From a bacterium (GTDB taxonomy: Bacteria; Fidelibacterota; Marinisomatia; Marinisomatales; UBA1611): a stretch of 64,000 bases of DNA. The position numbers and the translations under genes were made by a program. Shown in pieces: positions 30,001 to 39,658 of this stretch (the first letter of the stretch is position 1; each line of letters opens with the position of its first letter). Location: assembly GCA_004321745.1 (NCBI GenBank), contig SGYO01000001.1, positions 54,563-118,562 on the forward strand. The letters are read 5' to 3'. The notes beneath the pieces were generated by a model. The model did no database searches. It was not told the origin of the DNA and saw only the letters and a program-made list of their open reading frames with translations.

Positions 30001-30183
30001 AGATACTCTTGAAGTGAATTCCGCGAGGTCTTGATTATCGCCATAAAAATATATATCAAAATTTGGAGTCTGGATATAAGACCAATCAAAATCCCTATAT
30101 TGCACCTTGTTTTTTCCAAAAGATTGTCCAAAGGAGCTAGAAAGAATTACAATGGCAAAAAGTATGTAGTTAAATATAATCAT
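27010..30183 (-). CDS. Peptidase-MA + PD40/TolB propeller + Omp85 barrel protein
   Basis: QSFGKNKVQY start, HHELVHA…WANEGLAE zincin motif, SPDG/SPNG propeller repeats, C-terminal barrel (FPMRG…FNFEVRFP…YLSLGPDW). Confidence 0.88.
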   Translation of the reverse strand: MIIFNYILFAIVILSSSFGQSFGKNKVQYRDFDWSYIQTPNFDIYFYGDNQDLAEFTSRVSEEAYKQISTHLAWDLKNRVSILVYNSHNEFQQTNVVGVYMSEGIGGVTELFKNRVVFPFDGDFEQFRHVIHHELVHAMLNDMVYGGTAQNMVASRTRVRIPLWANEGLAEFLSSNWDTKADMILRDIAVHERIPTVNELNYFMAYKGGQSLWRFIAGKYGREKVGEVFRSMKKTQSAEKGYQLALGMKWDELSDQWHKYLKKEYWPDIANRDPLEDMSEQLTNHKKNRNFYNVSPSLSPDGSTVALLSDRSGYFDVYLLDAGTGKKKATLVQGSRSVNFEELKWLQPGLSWSPDGEKIVLATKAGSSDALQIIDVKTKKAKKIPIALDGVFSAAWSPNGNDIAFAGNHNGSSDIYIYNFKSENFKKITNDIFSDSYPSWNGNGEEIAFVSDRGKHVDGKYDGRIEDHNYSQTDIYIVNIKSGKIKRVTDTPDNESYPIWANSERTLFYTSDYNGVFNLYKHALVEDQNSDSKFVNNSYAITNVLTGLQQPTISKDDNSIIFAGYSGIGWDLYSLNNPLGIAAKQIAPTQFIKTRDSEDMSVADIRDTDKIERIDLNTNSSYSKWVFAQGYDNYNYSMDTKGSKLEKVVKDTLVNGVHVPKPYKTRFTLDMVSGNLQISNVFGATGMTYFAFSDILGNHQIQFGTEMVLTLEDSDYFLSYGYLKNKTDYYFVGFQNADFFQAGYYSLGRLRHYGLQSYISHPFSRFQRVDFGLTWHNISYDILDRMINTFGQEELVKRPGSSTKFTSILPRASWIYDNSIFGFTGPIDGYRQNVSITASPGWNTDFKFQTVKLDARKYWRFGRDYTIAVRGFFGSSQGKNAQKFFLGGIPYLLTDFQSGTTNGVSDPSAYRSVITDTSNSNLITDVYFTEYAFPMRGARFAERIGTYASLFNFEVRFPFINYLALGFPLKVVFGNIRGHAFVDVGAAWDSADEFSSNSWPEKYGSNDTAKFSPWVVTSGLGVKINLGYFLLRVESAWDKNPGGYSKPQWYLSLGPDW

Positions 30184-30327
30184 CTTCTTTATAACGAAAT
30201 AAATGAAAGCAATGTTTCGTACTTTAACAAAAAACTCAAGATATTGTCAATATGTCCTGAAAAGTATATTTTATTGTTAAATTTACTACTCTTATAATTA
30301 GTATACTTAAAAAGATATTTTAAAACC

Positions 30328-31068
30328 ATGCAATTGCCAATATATTTCATTTCAGATATACACCTGATGTTAGATGAGTCTTCAGATGAAAGTGCTAAAA
30401 GAGAGTCTTTGTATCGATTTTTAAATTTTGTAAGAACTACAAGGGGCACACTTTTTTTTGTAGGTGATTTGTTTGATTTTTATTTTGAATATCCTGATGT
30501 TATACCTAAATCATATTTTGATTTTTACAATAAGACTTTTCAACTTAAAAAAGCAGGAGTTGACTTGAGATTTATCGCTGGCAACCACGATTATTGGGTT
30601 CTGGATTTCATGAAAAAAAAATTAATGAACCATACTTATTTCGATGATACAACCTTTTCATTAAGAGGAAAAAATTTTTACATTACTCACGGTGATGGAG
30701 TTTTAAGTTGGGACTATGGATACAGAATTTTAAAGAAAATAATCCGCTCCCCTTTTTTCATATGGTGTTTCCGATTATTACACCCTACGCTTGCTTATAA
30801 GATAGCTCGAAAAGTATCAAGAACAGAGAATCATCCTGAACTACCAGAGGAAGTTAGAGAAAAAATCAGGAATGAGTTAAAAAAATACGCATTAACTCAT
30901 TTCCAAAAAGGATTTGACTACATGGTCTGCGGTCATTATCATTTAAATGAAATAATTGATGTAGAAAAAGGAAAACTAGCCGTTTTAGGTGACTGGCAAG
31001 ATGATCCTTCATATGCAGTTTTTGATGGGAAAGAATTAACACTACATCAATGGGAAAATGATGCGTAA
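30328..31068 (+). CDS. lpxH: UDP-2,3-diacylglucosamine diphosphatase
   Basis: FISDIHL, GDLFD, GNHD, HGD, GHYH, LGDW. Confidence 0.88.
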   Translation: MQLPIYFISDIHLMLDESSDESAKRESLYRFLNFVRTTRGTLFFVGDLFDFYFEYPDVIPKSYFDFYNKTFQLKKAGVDLRFIAGNHDYWVLDFMKKKLMNHTYFDDTTFSLRGKNFYITHGDGVLSWDYGYRILKKIIRSPFFIWCFRLLHPTLAYKIARKVSRTENHPELPEEVREKIRNELKKYALTHFQKGFDYMVCGHYHLNEIIDVEKGKLAVLGDWQDDPSYAVFDGKELTLHQWENDA

Positions 31069-32194
31069 ACATTTATTAATCATACTTTGCTCTCTAACTT
31101 TATTTCAAGGTTGTGCTACAGTAAAAAATTTTTTTGGAAGAAAATCCATTATTGATCCTGATGACCCAAACTTCCTCAATAATATTCAAAAACTTCGCAG
31201 TGCATATCAAGATGGAGATATACAAGCTCTAGAAGAAATGATACAGATTTACACTGACGAAAATCAGCATATAAAAGCAAGAATAGAAGCGGGAAGAATG
31301 TTAGCAAATACTCAACATCCCATGGCATTAAATGCCATTGCAGAGATGGTTGAAACGACGAGTGCTGTTGATTTTTCTCTTTTAAAAGCATCGATAGAGA
31401 TGTTGGCTCTTTTTAGAGAAAACCCCAAAGCAAGTTCAGCTTTGCTTGAAAGCGCACACATTCTTGAAGACAGGACAAACAACCTTCATCTAACAATTAC
31501 AGAAAATCTTCATAAGGTTAGAACAAAAGACCAAGTACTTGGATTATTGGACCTTTATGAAATTGCAAAAACAAATATGAGCAGAACCGAGGGAATGCTA
31601 ACAAAACAATTAGGGGCACTTGGCAGCGATCAAGTCATTCCTGTATTAACAGCAATTGCTAAAGACCCCAATGTCAGGTTAGGGATAAGAAATAAAGCAG
31701 TACAAATTTTAGGAAAGAAAAGTCCTGAAGATGTTGCTACTGCTTTTGCAGAACTATTAGGTGATCCAAATACAAATTTAGAAGTTCGTGAGTTTGCCAT
31801 AAATACAATGGCCGGAGTAAAACAGGAAAACTTAATTCTTGCACTATTAAATACTTACAACACAGGCAAAAGCCAATATTATACCCTACTTAATACAATG
31901 CTCTCTGCTCTAGGAGAGTTTAACGAGCCTGAAGTAAAACTTGCAGTTGTTGAAATAGCTAGTAGTGAAGATTATCCTATAGACATTAGAAAGAAGGCGA
32001 TTGATAATCTAGGTGCATTTAAAGACCCACGTGTAATCCCTAAAATATTACCAATTCTTGAAAAAAGAGAAAATTATGTTTACTATGATAATATTTTAGA
32101 TATGGTCTATATGCTGGGTGAAGAAAAAATATGGGCGGAACAAGTTAGAAGAATGGCACATAAAGCAAGCTTTAACAAGAGAGAGCATGAATAA
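31061..32194 (+). CDS. HEAT-repeat lipoprotein
   Basis: Lipobox FQGC; repeated helical motifs (ARIEAGRMLA, IRNKAVQILG, VREFAINTMA, IRKKAIDNLG). Confidence 0.85.
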   Translation: MRKHLLIILCSLTLFQGCATVKNFFGRKSIIDPDDPNFLNNIQKLRSAYQDGDIQALEEMIQIYTDENQHIKARIEAGRMLANTQHPMALNAIAEMVETTSAVDFSLLKASIEMLALFRENPKASSALLESAHILEDRTNNLHLTITENLHKVRTKDQVLGLLDLYEIAKTNMSRTEGMLTKQLGALGSDQVIPVLTAIAKDPNVRLGIRNKAVQILGKKSPEDVATAFAELLGDPNTNLEVREFAINTMAGVKQENLILALLNTYNTGKSQYYTLLNTMLSALGEFNEPEVKLAVVEIASSEDYPIDIRKKAIDNLGAFKDPRVIPKILPILEKRENYVYYDNILDMVYMLGEEKIWAEQVRRMAHKASFNKREHE

Positions 32195-33272
32195 AAAACT
32201 CATTATATCTTTGTCAATAGTTTATATGTCATTATGCAATATTGTGTTTGCTAATTACACTATTTCGGGCGCTGTACAAAGTGAAGATGGGGATCCAATA
32301 AAAAAAGGTCTAATCACTTTGGTAAAAGAGTCAAATGGAGAAGAGGTTGACAAAACAAAAGTAAGTAGGAAAGGAAAATTTAAACTTAAGAAGATTAGCA
32401 GCGGTAAATATATTATTAAATTTACTGGGGACAAAATTGAATCAAAACCTATATCAGTTATGGATGATGATGTTGAGGATTTTATAATCACAATAAAAAG
32501 CGTAGAAGAGTCCCCAGAACCGTTATCACAGGAAACTGAAATTTTAAATGAGCCTAACGTGAAAACATTAAATACTCCACTCAAAACTGAAAATAAAAAT
32601 GACCTTTTGCCTCAATTGAGACCATATGATCAAGTAGATAGACTAGATTTTGAGGACCAATTCTTTGAGTATGAATCCAACTTAAGAGAACTTAAAAATC
32701 AAATTGACTCCCTTAAAAGCATTGTCACTGCTTTCGAAAAAAAACAAACCATGCCAAATGTAAGCAAAGAAATTTTAGACCTGATTAAGGTTCCTGATTT
32801 TCAATACAGGATAGAATTAAAGAATGGCACTGTTGTTATGGGTGATATACTCAGTGAGACAGATTCATCTCTAGTTTTAAAGACTCAAATTGGACAATTA
32901 GTTCTAAAAAAAGAAATGGTAATCAGGCGTAATAAACATGTAGAGCCTGAACCAAAAGTAATTTTTCTCGGAGACCCTTTTGTAAATATCTATCCTGATA
33001 GGCATGAATTTTCAGGCAGGATAAAAAATGTTGGACAAAAAAGAGCCGACTTTGTTAGAGTAGTATCTAACTTATTTACCCAAACAACAAAACCTGCTGG
33101 GCAAGATTCTGTTTTTGTAAAAGGGTCCAGAATAATGTATGATTCTGGCGTAATTGCAGATACTGCTCTTGAGCCAGGTCAAACAGCAACATACAATTTC
33201 CCTGTTAAGATCAAAAACCGTAGCAAAGTCCAGTACCACACAATGGATATTCATTGGAATACTACTGAATAA
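32187..33272 (+). CDS. Exported protein: carboxypeptidase-regulatory-like domain, coiled coil, C-terminal FxLYD/Ig-like domain
   Basis: Signal peptide from ATG 32187; TISGAV…GKF.L..I.SGKY; GRIKNVG.KRADFVRV…LEPGQT. Confidence 0.75.
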   Translation: MNKKLIISLSIVYMSLCNIVFANYTISGAVQSEDGDPIKKGLITLVKESNGEEVDKTKVSRKGKFKLKKISSGKYIIKFTGDKIESKPISVMDDDVEDFIITIKSVEESPEPLSQETEILNEPNVKTLNTPLKTENKNDLLPQLRPYDQVDRLDFEDQFFEYESNLRELKNQIDSLKSIVTAFEKKQTMPNVSKEILDLIKVPDFQYRIELKNGTVVMGDILSETDSSLVLKTQIGQLVLKKEMVIRRNKHVEPEPKVIFLGDPFVNIYPDRHEFSGRIKNVGQKRADFVRVVSNLFTQTTKPAGQDSVFVKGSRIMYDSGVIADTALEPGQTATYNFPVKIKNRSKVQYHTMDIHWNTTE

Positions 33273-33330
33273 AATATGTAACTTTTGCTCAGACTTGTAG
33301 TCTAATTATAACATCATTCAAGGAACCAAT

Positions 33331-35877
33331 ATGATAAAAAGCTCTAAGAAACTGATATTCCTATCAGTATGTACTATTTTTTTGATACAAAATATATTTG
33401 GACATGAGGGTCATAGTAAAAAACCAAAGATGCCTGCCATAGGAGTAATACAAGGTTCTGTAACAGATTCTAGCTCTGGCGCTCCTATAGAATATGCATC
33501 TATTTCTATGATTGATAACCATGATGGAGATGTTGTCACAGGCGGCCTTTCAGATAAAAATGGAAGCTTCAACATATCTGAAATACCCTTAGGAGAATAC
33601 ATAGTAGTTATAGAATTCATTGGTTATTCTAAAAAAGAAATTGGCCCTATAAATATTTTCCCAGGTCAAATGACTGGAGGTAAAGGCAAAATAAAACATT
33701 TTTTAGGCGAAATCCCAATGAAAGTTTCCAGTGTTAATCTTGACGCCATAGAAGTTGTGGGAGACGAAAGTCAATTCATACAGACTGTCGATAAACAGGT
33801 ATTTAAAGTGGGTAAAAACCTGACTGCTGCTGGAGGGACTGGGTTTGACCTTTTAAGAAAAGTTCCAACTGTAGATGTAAACATTGATGGTGAAGTATCA
33901 ATTGCAGGAGATGCTAATGTTACTATTTTAATTGATGGAAAACGCTCTGGACTTACTGGCTCAAATAGACGCGGAGTCGTTGATAATATCCAGGTTAGTA
34001 TGGTAGAAAAAGTGGAAGTAATAACAAACCCATCGGCAAAGTATGATCCAGATGGAGTTGGTGGCATCATAAATATTGTACTGAAAAGAGGTTCTTTTGA
34101 TGGTTTGAATGGTAGTATATCCGGTATGGCTGGGGAATATGAAAAGAGAAATTTAAATGGGAATGTAAACTACAGACAAAATAAGTGGAATGTATTTGCA
34201 GGAGCAAGCTCTTACACTGGCAATAACATTGGCAAAGGATATCGGAATTTTACCTACAATTATAGTGATAGTAGTGCATCATTAAAGCAAAATACTATGA
34301 GAACAAAAAATCCTGCGAATGTTGGATTAAGGATGGGGGGAGATTATTATCCCAGCAAAAGTAGCACTTTTTCTTATACTTACAGTTTCAATGATCACAC
34401 AGAAACAACAAAAGAAGAATTAGAATTTTATGAACCATTCTCTAGACTTTCAAAATCAAAATCTGAAAATTTAGGAAACCATCATGATCATTCATTTTCA
34501 TACGAGAACAACTTTGGTACCAAGGATAAAAAATTATCTACAGGGATTGATATTAATTTTGAAGAAGATGACGTCACGCAGTACAACATCGAAAACAGCT
34601 CAATAATAGATGATTACAATTCTGGAAGCACTGATACAGATTTTAAAGAAAAAATTAATAGTCAAACTTTTAGACTTGATTATGAAGATGGAGTAAACGA
34701 TAAACTATCAATTGAAACGGGTTTCAAGACAACATTAAAGTCATTTTCTACAGATTATACATACTTAAATCAACTTTATATTAATGATTATAGCGAAGAT
34801 ATATATGCAGGATACATTAGTACCACTTATGACATTACAGATCAATTTGGTATTAAAGCCGGAGCACGTTATGAACAAGTTGAGACAAATGCATCTCTTG
34901 TGCCCAGTTCTTCAAACACAGCTCCGGATAGCATAAACATAATTTCTACCATTATTGATAATGCTGTTGAGCTATCCCCTTACGAAAAACCATATTCAAA
35001 AATCTACCCAAGCCTCTTTTTGATTTATAAGCTATCTCCAATGCAAACTATTCAGTTTGGTTATTCACAAAAAGTTAATAGGCCAGGGAGAAGAACAATA
35101 AGCCCTTTCCCCAGGAATACGTATGATATAACCAGAATAAGAAATGGTAACCCTTATTTAGACCCAGAATACAGCGATGTGGCAGAACTGAAATATTCTA
35201 GTAATTCAAGAAAATTAAATTTTAACGCAGGACTATCATACAAACTTATTAAAGATAATATCATGTGGTGGGATAGAGACATGGTTGAATTTCAAGGAGA
35301 TGTCTATGAAATTTTAACGGCAGATAACTCTGAAAACTCGGAAAGCATTGGTAGTAGCTTAGTAATTGTCTACAGACCAATTCCTCTTGTAAGCCTAATG
35401 CTTTCAAGGTGGTCTTGGAATAATAGGACCTATGGAAATGGCGAGTCTGACCTTAATGGCGATTCAAATGGTGCTTATTACAGAAGTATGATCACATTAA
35501 ACTTACCTCGAATTGCTAGAATGGAATTATCCATGGGTGGTAGAGGCGATATGAAGTTTACTACAGGTGGTAGCCCAGGAAATTTTAGTGCTGATCTAGG
35601 ATTGCAGAAATCATTTTTAAATAATAAACTATCTGTAACATTAAAATTTGATGATATCTTTGACACGAAGAAATTTGTCATCAATACTGAAAATGTAATA
35701 ACAAACCCAATCTCTCAGGAAACATATATTCAATTAATGGATGCTGAAAGACGTCGAGGACAACGCTATATATCAGTAAACATTAATTATAACTTTGGCA
35801 AACAACAGAAGAAGAAATGGAATCGACGTAACTTTGGTGGTGGAAGAAGTGGTGGTGGTATGGATATGGATTATTGA
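33331..35877 (+). CDS. TonB-dependent receptor (outer-membrane beta-barrel family)
   Basis: CarboxypepD_reg-like N-domain, VEVITNPSAKYDPDGVGGIINIVLK plug, GNPYLDPE. Confidence 0.92.
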   Translation: MIKSSKKLIFLSVCTIFLIQNIFGHEGHSKKPKMPAIGVIQGSVTDSSSGAPIEYASISMIDNHDGDVVTGGLSDKNGSFNISEIPLGEYIVVIEFIGYSKKEIGPINIFPGQMTGGKGKIKHFLGEIPMKVSSVNLDAIEVVGDESQFIQTVDKQVFKVGKNLTAAGGTGFDLLRKVPTVDVNIDGEVSIAGDANVTILIDGKRSGLTGSNRRGVVDNIQVSMVEKVEVITNPSAKYDPDGVGGIINIVLKRGSFDGLNGSISGMAGEYEKRNLNGNVNYRQNKWNVFAGASSYTGNNIGKGYRNFTYNYSDSSASLKQNTMRTKNPANVGLRMGGDYYPSKSSTFSYTYSFNDHTETTKEELEFYEPFSRLSKSKSENLGNHHDHSFSYENNFGTKDKKLSTGIDINFEEDDVTQYNIENSSIIDDYNSGSTDTDFKEKINSQTFRLDYEDGVNDKLSIETGFKTTLKSFSTDYTYLNQLYINDYSEDIYAGYISTTYDITDQFGIKAGARYEQVETNASLVPSSSNTAPDSINIISTIIDNAVELSPYEKPYSKIYPSLFLIYKLSPMQTIQFGYSQKVNRPGRRTISPFPRNTYDITRIRNGNPYLDPEYSDVAELKYSSNSRKLNFNAGLSYKLIKDNIMWWDRDMVEFQGDVYEILTADNSENSESIGSSLVIVYRPIPLVSLMLSRWSWNNRTYGNGESDLNGDSNGAYYRSMITLNLPRIARMELSMGGRGDMKFTTGGSPGNFSADLGLQKSFLNNKLSVTLKFDDIFDTKKFVINTENVITNPISQETYIQLMDAERRRGQRYISVNINYNFGKQQKKKWNRRNFGGGRSGGGMDMDY

Positions 35878-35902
35878 TCAACACCCATTTATTTCTAAAA
35901 AA

Positions 35903-36823
35903 TTATTTATTTTTTTCTGATAAATAAACCATTATTGCATTTTGTACATGCATTCTGTTTTCCGCCTGATCAAATACAATAGAATAATCTGCTTCCATTA
36001 CTCCGTCCGTCACTTCTCTGTCTCTTTCCGCTGGCAAACAATGCATGAATAAAGTTTTTTGACCTGAGTTTTTAATTAGTTCTTCATTTACTTGAAAACT
36101 TGAAAATATCTTTTCTCTTTCAAGTGCCTCTTCTTTTTGCCCCATTGATGCCCATACATCAGTGTAAACAACATCTGCATTTTGAATAGCTTTTTGCGGG
36201 TCATGTGATATCGTAATATTTGAAATTTTTGCATCAATTGCTTTCTGGACTGTACCATTATCAGGTGTGTAATCCTCCGGGCAACAACAAACAAAATCCA
36301 TTGGTATTTTCATTGCTAAATGAAGCCAAGAATGAACTATGTTATTCCCATCTCCCATATAGACAATTTTTAGTTTTTCAATTTTTCCCATGTGTTCCCA
36401 AACAGTAAAGATGTCTGTCATAATTTGGCAGGGATGATTGTAATCAGTAAGTCCATTAATTACAGGTATTGTAGAGTACTCAGCTAATTCAATAATATGT
36501 TCATGGTCAAAAAGCCTCGCCATCATAACATCATTATACCTGCTAAATAATCTAGATATATCTTTTATAGCTTCCCTTTTACCGATGCCAATATCGTTTG
36601 GTCCAAGAAATAATGCATGTCCTCCCATCCATTCAAAACCTGTTTCAAAAGAAACTCTAGTTCTCGCAGATGGCTTAGCAAAAATCATTGCAAGGGATCT
36701 ATTTTTGAAATGTTTGACGTCTGCTCTATGATGAAACTTTGCCTTTAAATCTTTTGCTAAATTTAGTATTTCCCATAGCTCTGTATCACTATAATCTGAA
36801 ATGTGTAGAAAATGCTTCATCAT
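35903..36823 (-). CDS. argF: Ornithine carbamoyltransferase
   Basis: KPSARTRVSF, HPCQ, GDGNN, DVWASMGQ, HCLP, QAENR. Confidence 0.94.
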   Translation of the reverse strand: MMKHFLHISDYSDTELWEILNLAKDLKAKFHHRADVKHFKNRSLAMIFAKPSARTRVSFETGFEWMGGHALFLGPNDIGIGKREAIKDISRLFSRYNDVMMARLFDHEHIIELAEYSTIPVINGLTDYNHPCQIMTDIFTVWEHMGKIEKLKIVYMGDGNNIVHSWLHLAMKIPMDFVCCCPEDYTPDNGTVQKAIDAKISNITISHDPQKAIQNADVVYTDVWASMGQKEEALEREKIFSSFQVNEELIKNSGQKTLFMHCLPAERDREVTDGVMEADYSIVFDQAENRMHVQNAIMVYLSEKNK

Positions 36824-36829
36824 TTTTCC

Positions 36830-38170
36830 TTATAAAATATACCTGCTTAAATCTTCATCAAAAACAATATCCCCGAGCGCTTCCTTAACATACTTTGCAG
36901 TAATCTTTAATTTTTTTTGACCTTTCTTTGGATGTTCAAATAATGGTTGTTCAAGCAAAGTCGTCATAATTGTATGTAACCTTCTCGCACCAATATTCTC
37001 AGTCTTGGTATTGACCTCAGTCGCTAGTTCTGAAATGGCTTTGATGGATGATGGGTCGAACTCTAGAGAGACCCCCTCAGCTTCAAGCAAAGCAACATAT
37101 TGTTTAATTAATGCTGATTTAGGATGGGTTAATATTTTAATAAAATCTTTGGTTTTTAGTTTATCTAATTCAACTCGAATTGGGAAACGGCCTTGAAGTT
37201 CAGGAATCATTTCAGATGGTGTGCTGATATGAAAAGCTCCAGCCGCAATGAAAAGAATATGGTCTGTAGACACCACACCATATTTAGTATTTACATTACT
37301 GCCTTCAACAATCGGTAATAAGTCTCTTTGCACTCCTTCTCTGCTCACATCAGGACCTTGCCCTGCACTTCCATTTACGACTTTATCAATCTCGTCTATG
37401 AATATTATCCCATTATTTTCAGCTCTATCTTTAGCTATCCTAATTACCTCATCATTATCAATTAATTTTTGAGCTTCAGCATCAATGAGGACTTCTCGAG
37501 CCTCTGCTACTGGCATTTTTCTTGGTTTTTTTGATTTAGGGATGGCGTTACTTAGCATATCTTTAATATTCATACCAAGATCATCCATTCCAATGGGTCC
37601 TAATACTTGCATACCTGAAATTGTTTCTTGCTCAATTTCAATTTCAATAATTGTATCCTCAAAATCTCCATTTTCTAATTTTTTTCTTAATTTACTTCTT
37701 GTCCTCGAACTTCTCTCTTTCGACTCTTCAGATAACGAAGAACCATTTTTTTTATTTTCTGGGAAAAGAATATCTATAATTCTTTCATTAGCTAGACTTT
37801 CAGCTAGCTCAATAACTTCTTCTTCTTTCTCTCTTTGTACCATATTAAAGGATGTATCCATCAAATCTCTTATCATGGACTCAACATCTCTTCCTACATA
37901 ACCAACCTCGGTAAATTTACTAGCCTCAACTTTAACAAAAGGAGCACTTGTTAACGCTGCTAATCTCCTTGAAATTTCAGTTTTCCCTACTCCTGTTGAA
38001 CCTATCATAATAATATTATTTGGCATTATTTCATCACGCATGTAACCAGAAACCTGTTGTCTCCGCCATCTGTTTCTCATTGCAATTGCTACAGCTTTTT
38101 TTGCTTTTGATTGCCCTATAATATATTTATCAAGTTCTTTAACGATCTGTTTAGGTGTTAATTCTTTCAT
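36830..38170 (-). CDS. hslU: ATP-dependent protease ATPase subunit
   Basis: GSTGVGKTE, KFTEVGYVGRDVESM, IDEIDK, C-terminal DLSRYIL. Confidence 0.98.
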   Translation of the reverse strand: MKELTPKQIVKELDKYIIGQSKAKKAVAIAMRNRWRRQQVSGYMRDEIMPNNIIMIGSTGVGKTEISRRLAALTSAPFVKVEASKFTEVGYVGRDVESMIRDLMDTSFNMVQREKEEEVIELAESLANERIIDILFPENKKNGSSLSEESKERSSRTRSKLRKKLENGDFEDTIIEIEIEQETISGMQVLGPIGMDDLGMNIKDMLSNAIPKSKKPRKMPVAEAREVLIDAEAQKLIDNDEVIRIAKDRAENNGIIFIDEIDKVVNGSAGQGPDVSREGVQRDLLPIVEGSNVNTKYGVVSTDHILFIAAGAFHISTPSEMIPELQGRFPIRVELDKLKTKDFIKILTHPKSALIKQYVALLEAEGVSLEFDPSSIKAISELATEVNTKTENIGARRLHTIMTTLLEQPLFEHPKKGQKKLKITAKYVKEALGDIVFDEDLSRYIL

Positions 38171-38721
38171 TAGATTTCTAAAACTGTAATAGAATCATTT
38201 GTGTATATACAAAGATCCGCTGCTATCTTTAATGATTTTTCAGCGACTTGTTTTGCTGAGTATTTTCCGGACTGATGAAAAGCTAGAGCAGCTGCTTGAG
38301 CAAAACCACCACCAGAACCTATAGAAAGTACAGGCCCATCTGGTTCTATTACATTGCCATCACCTGCAATAATAAAACTATTTTTTTTATCCATTACTAA
38401 AAGTAATGCCTCCAGATGACGAAGCATTTTATCCATTCTCCAATCCTTTGCCATTTCGACAACTGACCTTTTTAAATCTCCTTCATATTCATCTAGCTTT
38501 TGTTCAAACTTTTCAAATAGCGTAAGAGCATCAGCTGCAGCACCTGCAAAGCCACCTACAACTCCGCCTTTTGAGCTGTCAAACTTTCGAACTTTTACTG
38601 CTTTTTGCTTCATCGCCATATCACCAAGAGTTACTTGCCCATCTCCCGCAACAGCAACTTTTCCTTTTAAACGTACGCCTAGAATTGTAGTAGATCGGAT
38701 ATCAATCTTTTTGTTTTTCAT
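38170..38721 (-). CDS. hslV: ATP-dependent protease peptidase subunit
   Basis: TTILGV, AGDGQVTLG, SIGSGG, CIYTN. Confidence 0.98.
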   Translation of the reverse strand: MKNKKIDIRSTTILGVRLKGKVAVAGDGQVTLGDMAMKQKAVKVRKFDSSKGGVVGGFAGAAADALTLFEKFEQKLDEYEGDLKRSVVEMAKDWRMDKMLRHLEALLLVMDKKNSFIIAGDGNVIEPDGPVLSIGSGGGFAQAAALAFHQSGKYSAKQVAEKSLKIAADLCIYTNDSITVLEI

Positions 38722-38722
38722 T

Positions 38723-39658
38723 TTATTCTACAGAACCTAAATATTTTAAAAACTCACCATCTGTACTTAATACTAAAACTGTTTCTTTATCCAGAGTCTC
38801 CTTATATATCTCCATTGTTCTCATGAAACGATAAAAATCAGCATCTTTGTTATAAGCAGCAGCATAAATGTTAGCAGCTTCTGCATCTGCTTTACCTTTT
38901 ATCTCCTGAGAGCGCCTGTATGCATCAGAAGTAATTTCTTTAAGGTCTCTATCTTTTTGTCCACTTATTCTAGCAGATTCACCAGCACCTTGCGATCTAA
39001 ATTCTTCTGCTATCCTTTTTCTTTCTGAGATCATACGTTCATATACTTTCTTTCGCACTTCAGGAACGTAGTTTATTCTTTTAAACTGAAAGTCCAATAT
39101 TTCAATGCCAAGATCATTTGTACTCTCTTTAGCAAGCTCTAATATTTCTTTTGTAAGCTCATCTCTTCCACTTTTTATTATCGCTTTTTCTTTTTGAGTC
39201 TGATCGTTATCAACAGAGTCAATTACATAATCTCTATTTGAACTTCTAACAAGCTCTATAAGGTCATGATTTGCAATCGCATTTTGAGTAGCACCTTCTA
39301 AAACTGATCCTAAACGGGTTAGCGCTTTTGATTCATCAAACAGTCTTTTTGCATATTGAAGAGGGTCAGATATACGCCAGCGTGCATAAGTATTTATATT
39401 AATAAAACGCTTATCTCTAGTTGAAACTTGTTTTGGTTCTCCATCCCAAGCTAAAAACCTCTTATCAAAATAGTTCGCTGTTTCTAAAAATGGTTTTTTT
39501 ATTTTTAACCCAGGAGTAGTAATAGGCTCACCAACCGGTTTACCAAATTGAGTGATTACAACTTGTTCTGATTCATCTATAATATAAAAAGCCCCTCCAA
39601 AAATGAGAACTGCTGCAATAATTCCGATGACTAAGACTGTACTTATAAATTTCCCCAT
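38723..39658 (-). CDS. hflC: FtsH modulator HflC
   Basis: SPFH domain; RMISERKRIAEEFRSQG, FYRFMRTME. Confidence 0.95.
   Translation of the reverse strand: MGKFISTVLVIGIIAAVLIFGGAFYIIDESEQVVITQFGKPVGEPITTPGLKIKKPFLETANYFDKRFLAWDGEPKQVSTRDKRFININTYARWRISDPLQYAKRLFDESKALTRLGSVLEGATQNAIANHDLIELVRSSNRDYVIDSVDNDQTQKEKAIIKSGRDELTKEILELAKESTNDLGIEILDFQFKRINYVPEVRKKVYERMISERKRIAEEFRSQGAGESARISGQKDRDLKEITSDAYRRSQEIKGKADAEAANIYAAAYNKDADFYRFMRTMEIYKETLDKETVLVLSTDGEFLKYLGSVE

Noticed and set aside
36660-36680. ArgF motif SART instead of STRT, suggesting a different transcarbamylase
   Set aside because: The second position varies among OTCs, and the SMG and HCLP ornithine-binding motifs are intact.
38690-38721. 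N-terminal extension before the catalytic Thr of HslV
   Set aside because: Short propeptides removed autocatalytically are known in HslV/ClpQ homologs, so this is not novel.
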